NCBI GenBank assembly: GCA_951406725.2
Contig: OX597838.1
Location: 38,192,001-38,256,000 of the forward strand
DNA from: Octopus vulgaris
Lineage: Eukaryota
Reading direction: 5' to 3'
Length of the DNA: 64,000 bases
The notes under the pieces are model-generated. The model did no database searches. It saw only the letters and a list, made by a program, of their open reading frames with translations, and had not been told where the DNA came from. How positions within the stretch are numbered: the stretch's first letter is position 1; each line of letters opens with the position of its first letter. Position numbers and translations under genes: made by a program. Shown here in pieces: positions 58,738 to 64,000 of this stretch.

Positions 58738-59713
58738 ATATACTGAACAAACTTCACCCATCCATCAAATTCACGACAGAATCCGTTTGCAATGGAACCA
58801 CCATTCCTGGATATCCACATAAAATACAGAACTCCACAGTCACAACAGACATATTTCACAAAAAAAAACTAACACACACCAATGTTTAAATTTCTACTCT
58901 TGCCATCTGTCACACATCGAAAGAAATCATCCATACAGCATGACAAGACGTATCTGTGCTATAGAGACTGACCCCCAAAATACGTGAAATCCGACTCAAC
59001 GAACTCAAAGGCTTCCCGACAATGCAGAAATACTCCTTGGATTAATGAGGGAATTAAAAAGGCGATGAAACTGAACATCACCCAACTACGGACACCTGAG
59101 GAAAAAGTTAATGAAAACACGAGTCCGTTCCATAACACACAGTCCTGGAATAACCAACATCTTTTACGCCATAAAATCGAACTTACCTATATTCCTACAA
59201 AGACCCCAAATGAAAAATCTGATTGAAAAGAATACTAACCAAAAAATCTTTAAAAAACACCTGACAAGGGCAGAATTCAAATCAGAGAATGAATCAGAAT
59301 TCTTAGGAAAAGAATGTGGAGATAGGAGATGTGGAACGTGCAACAATATCAACAACTTGAAATACTTGGAAAGTGGTTCCCACATAAAATTCAAGAGCGG
59401 ATCCCTTTTCAAAATAAATGCAGATATGAACTGCAAAACGCAAAACCTCATATACTGCATTACCTGCCCAAACTGCAAAGAAAATTACATTGGCGAGACA
59501 AATACTTCCCTCTGCCAACGTGCAAGAATCCACAGGCAACATATCCGACAAGAGGAATTACGCATGATTCCATTAAGTAAGCATCTAGAAATATGCAGCG
59601 ACAGAAAATTCAAAATTTTCCCCTTTTACAAATGTGCACAGGACAATCCGCAATACCGAAAAATAATGGAACTACATTTCATCAAAAAATTCTCACCAAA
59701 ATGGAATGTGTGA
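58738..59713 (+). mobile_element. Penelope-like element 3' part (RT C-terminus, thumb, Cys-rich linker, GIY-YIG), decayed
   Basis: LNKLHPSIKFT, PFLDI, TDIFHK, CLNFYSCH; then CGDRRCGTC and NCKTQNLIYCITCPNCKENYIGET..QR..H..HI..E..FIKKF.P (Neptune-like GIY-YIG). Confidence 0.92.
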
Positions 59714-60050
59714 AAGAAAAGCAGAGACGGTTCATTTTGTAAGTGTTATACTAATGTTCTCTAACGCAAAACATGAAATTAAAAGAGGCATAATCGAAGT
59801 TACAGAGTATAAGTATGGACATATTCCCAAACGCACACACACACACAAACGCGCACGCATGCACGCACATAAGCACACACACGTGCACACATACATGCAC
59901 ACACCTCATCAATTGATTTCCCCAAAATTGAATGTTTGAAGGTAAAGTGGAGAATTTGAATTCTTTGTTCCAAATGTGGCTCATCTCTACAAATGTTCAG
60001 ATATATGTATATATATATGTGTGTGTAGCATTGGGATGCTTTAGCTTTAC

Positions 60051-60087
<37 letters not shown>

Positions 60088-60094
60088 TATGTAT

Positions 60095-60485
60095 GTGGCT
60101 GTGTGGTAAGTAGCTTGCTTACCAACCTCATGGTTCCGGGTTCAGTCCCACTACGTGGCACCTTGGGTAAATGTCTTCTACTATAGCCTCGGGCCGACCA
60201 AAGCCTTGTGAGTGGATTTAGTAGACGGAAACTGAAGGAAGCCCGTCGTATATATGTATATATATATGCGTGTGTGTGTTTGTGTGTCTGTGTTTGTCCC
60301 CCTAGCATTGCTTGACAACCGATGCTGGTGTGTTTCCGTCCCCGTAACTTAGCGGTTCGTCAAAAGAGACCGATAGAATAAGTACTGGGCTTACAAAGTA
60401 TAAGTCCTGGGGTCGATTTGCTCGACTAAAGGCGGTGCTCCAGCATGGCCGCAGTCAAATGACTGAAACAAGTAAAAGAGAAAGA

Positions 60486-60488
<3 letters not shown>
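60095..60488 (+). mobile_element. SINE family A
   Basis: Near full-length copy. Confidence 0.9.
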
Positions 60489-60534
<46 letters not shown>

Positions 60535-60554
60535 TATGTATATACATATATATG

Positions 60555-60590
<36 letters not shown>

Positions 60591-61006
60591 TACATATATA
60601 CATATATATATAAAAAAAGGAAATGAAGAAAATGCTGACAAATAATTGAAGTAATTTAAGTAATTTAATTAGGTGAAAGTTCTTTTTACCGGTTGCGCAT
60701 TTGTTATGCTTATCAAAATATATATATATATATATATAATAATTAAGAATTAATCAATAATTTCACCAAGCAGAATTCGGCATGAAAAAAGGACCATTTC
60801 ATGGTAAACATAAGTAATACTTAATAAATAGGGTTCAGCAAAGATTTGCTTTACCACATACCGAAATTTAGAAATAGCAGCCAAAAAACGTTAGCTATTT
60901 CTTCTACTTTAAATAGGGACTCCCAGAAAAACCAAAATACTTGAAAACAATCACACAGGCAGAGAGGAAAAGTAACGAAAATCAATCAATATCTGGTCAC
61001 CTATTA

Positions 61007-61110
61007 ATTAATTTTACCCTTTGTTATTAATCAATTAATTTTACCCTTTGTTATTAATCAATTAATTTTACCCTTTGTTATTAATCAATTAATTTTACCC
61101 TTTGTTATTA
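61007..61110 (+). repeat. 27-bp unit x4 (attaattttaccctttgttattaatca)
   Basis: accct recurs at 61016, 61043, 61070 and 61097. Confidence 0.95.
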
Positions 61111-61317
61111 TTGATAATAGAATTTTCTCCCTGATAACAAACTACAGATTTTTTTTCTGTAGTAGCTTACTTGAAGACACACGAGGTCGGGCAGAGGAGG
61201 GTAATTGAATCTCATTCATGTTTTGAATTCGGCGGTGCTAACATTGAATATTATCTATCTGATACCGTTAGGTAGAGAGATATGTCCAATTATTCCAGTA
61301 CCTTCGAATCCTGGGGT

Positions 61318-61401
61318 CCTATGCTGAAGAGGAAAACGGTGGGTAAAGTATAATTATATATTCTTTATTCCAAACCTAATACCGAAACGCGCGTCCATAG
61401 G
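61318..61401 (+). ncRNA. Type I hammerhead ribozyme motif, canonical core and GUC site
   Basis: cctatg-CTGAAGA-gg...cc-GAAA-cgcgcg-TC-catagg; 6-bp stem I extendable by ggtc/gacc; predicted cut after 61395. Confidence 0.85.
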
Positions 61402-62040
61402 TGACCAGATATTGATTGATTTTCGTTACTTTTCCTCTCTGCCTGTGTGGATTGTTTTCAAGTATTTTGGTTTTTCTGGGAGTCCCTTTTTAAAGTAGAA
61501 GAAATAGCTAACGTTTTTTTGGCTGCTATTTCTAAATTTCGGTATGTAGTAAAGCAAATCTTTGCTGAACCCTATTTATTAAGGATATATATATATATAT
61601 ATTCATTTTATTTTATTTATTTATTGATTTTTCAAATTGTTAATTTGCAAATATTATACTGTTTTTGTTTTTCAAAAAGTTCCTTCCAAAAATGAAAGTT
61701 TGGAACGATGACAGCACATTTTGTATTCTAAATATAACTCAAAGAGGAGAAAAGAAAGAAAGAAGAAAAAAGAAGAAAAATGGGGAAGAGACAAAGAAAG
61801 CAAAATGACTTTCAGTGGTGACCAAACCGGACCTGTGTTTATTATTTTTTTTTAAGAGGTCGCCATCCTTAAACCTGCTCCAATACAATGGTAAAGGACT
61901 AAATAGATAAATTAATTAATTAACGGTGAATAGGAATGGGGATACCCCTTCTCTCTCTATCTATCTACCTATATAGTTATCTGTTTGACTATCCATCTAT
62001 CTATCTATCTATCTGTCTATCTATCTCTCTATCTATCTCT

Positions 62041-62680
62041 GCGTCTGAAAGGATAGGAGACAAACACTTTCCTCTCTGGTCAATCTCTCATCAACTTCTT
62101 CAAGTACCACTTGAAAAGGAAAGTGAGAGTAGAGAGGCAAGTTTTGTCTAGCGAATGTTTTAAAAAAAGATGGGTGAATGTAGCAAGGATGGCACGTATG
62201 AATGACGAAGCCACCTTGAGCATAATCCTATGAACCCAGAAATTGAAAACAGAGGGTTACCCACTTGCAAACAAATGTGGTAACATATAACAATATTGAC
62301 CAAGGTTACCGTGGTCTTTATCGTAGGCTTTTCTTCCCACGGATAAACCTTACTTGCTTTCCCCTTTACACCATATATCATAACATTGTGATACACGATC
62401 CCTATTGATCGTTCCTTTTTTTTTTTCTCTTCCCCTTTTTTTCCCCTTTTTCTTCTTTTTTCATTTCTCTTTTCTTTTGTTCCTTTCCCTTTCTTTTTTT
62501 TCTTTTATTCTTTTTATTTTTTATTCTATTTTTTAAATTTTTTTTTGTTCTTTTCTTCCCTTTTACGATCCCTCTTAATCGAAAACCTACGCCACCCCCT
62601 TTTTTTCATCCCCCAAAAGAAAAGCTCTACCTTGTAACTTGTCCCATCTGTGTGCAGCCCTGTGTGGCCAATAAAGAAAC
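62041..62680 (+). mobile_element. Tx1/L1 3' fragment, near-identical to 11754-12410
   Basis: Reverse-complement match; ends ccaataaagaaac-(TATC)n; TATC-type repeats also upstream. Confidence 0.9.
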
Positions 62681-62692
62681 TTATCTATCTAC

Positions 62693-62746
<54 letters not shown>

Positions 62747-62851
62747 GTCTGTCTGTCTGTCTACACGCTCTCCGTGGTACACAATTATTGCTTGGAATGA
62801 TTATTTTCATTAAAACTTCGAGGGCACATCTATCTATCTATCTATCTATCT

Positions 62852-64000
62852 CACAATGGACGGACGCTAGTCATATCGGCTCCACGTAAGTTGGCCACTT
62901 TTACATGTTTAAAACTCCTTGTTGTCAAATATTTTGTTTTAATCGTTGTGCAAGTTCATTCACTAAAAAACCTGAGAATTATTCACGTAGAATTCCGCCC
63001 CTGTATGGGCGAAATTACAAAAAAACTTTCAAAACTTTCGTGGGTTTTTTAGCCATTTTTCATTTTGAAAATGTCAACTAGAAACCACGTGGCTAGCCCG
63101 CCAGTCATGCAGAACGGTAGCAAAACACTATTGCTACCACTAGCTGCTAAACATCGCAGTGTGAACACCGCTGTCACCACCATCACCACCACCAACAACA
63201 ACAACAACAAAACTAACGTCGCATTCACCATCGCCGCGACCAAAGACATTAACTTAGATTTCCCCTCACTCCCCACACCACTTGTTGATGATAAAGGGAC
63301 AGAGAAAGGGATTTCAAAAATGAATACAAACGAAAACATGAATGCCAGCACCACCACCATCACCACCAACAACAACAACAACGAAATTGGCACAAAGCCG
63401 CCTACCAAAGACAACACCGCCAACACCAACACCACTACTACGACGTCAAATGCTACATCTAAGCCTTCTGCTGCTAATACCTATTTCTTTATTACCCACA
63501 AGGGGCTAAACATAGAGGGGACAAACAAGGACAGACATAGGTATTAAGTCGATTACATTGACCCCAGTGCGTAACTGGTACTTAATTTATCGACCCCGAA
63601 AGGATGAAAGGCAAAGTCGACCTCGGCGGAATTTGAACTCACAACGTAACGACAGACGAAATACCGCGAAGCATTTCGCCCAGCGTGCTAACGTTTCCGC
63701 CAGCTCGCCACCTTGTCTGCTGCTAATACCGCCAACACCAACACCACTACCATGACTTCACCCGCCACAATTAACACTTCTACTGCCAAATTCCAAACGA
63801 ATTTTGCGGACGTAACAAAACAAAAAAGAACAATTGTAACATTCACCACACAAGAGATAAACCGCACAAAGGCACTCTTCTCCAAAGAAGGAGACAAATT
63901 GCACCTTCACATTCCACAACACATCGTGGAAAACACACACAAAAAACAATTTATAAAGTAATAAACAAGAAAACAAGAAGAACAGAAAATGCACCGCATG
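62852..64000 (+). mobile_element. Probable 5' end and Thr/Asn-rich ORF1 of a non-LTR element, interrupted by SINE B
   Basis: Starts right after (TATC)n. ORF MSTRNHVASPP..SAANT resumes in frame as ANTNTTT..FADVTKQ after the SINE is removed. No diagnostic domain within the window. Confidence 0.45.
63482..63715 (-). mobile_element. SINE family B with 15-bp TSD
   Basis: TSD tctgctgctaatacc at 63467-63481 and 63716-63730. Confidence 0.92.

Larger units (their letters stand above)
60741..61583 (+). mobile_element. Non-coding HHR element (~570-nt unit) with 5' inverted arm and 27-bp reiteration
   Basis: Arm 60822-61004 is the reverse complement of 61397-61583. HHR at 61318-61401. Homologous blocks shared with the 560-nt element. 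(TA)n flanks. Confidence 0.85.

Noticed and set aside
61007-61110. Short direct-repeat arrays (27-bp x4, also 15-bp x4 and 18-bp x4) as CRISPR arrays
   Set aside because: No unique spacers, no cas genes, eukaryotic context.

Overview
Eukaryotic, AT-rich, microsatellite-saturated DNA. The SINE and microsatellite make-up points to a coleoid cephalopod, most likely Octopus; this is inferred from repeat resemblance, not from a search. Almost all ORFs in the track are artefacts of (TA)n, (TAA)n, (TATC)n, (TATG)n and (CA)n runs. No complete host gene is visible. There is a truncated MED11 copy (3267-3473) and two possible minus-strand exons of an unidentified gene. The rest is mobile DNA: four tRNA-derived SINE families; R4/Dong-type non-LTR fragments stacked in (TAA)n; Tx1/L1-type elements in (TATC)n; RTE fragments; a full-length decayed mariner and several Tc1/mariner MITEs; and Penelope-like element (PLE) relics with GIY-YIG domains. 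The most striking signal is about 15 intact or decayed minimal type I hammerhead ribozyme (HHR) motifs, most with a palindromic helix III. Three sit in non-coding units of 357, 560 and about 570 nt with the layout (TA)n - inverted fragment - direct unit - (TA)n. In the ~570-nt unit and in a coding PLE, the inversion junction lies within 0-1 nt of the predicted self-cleavage site. The 560 and ~570 nt families share a covarying hairpin whose AU-rich loop marks the insertion 3' end. Together this suggests a retrozyme-like (circular RNA) system mobilised by PLEs into TA microsatellites. Ribozyme activity, expression and novelty cannot be established from sequence alone.
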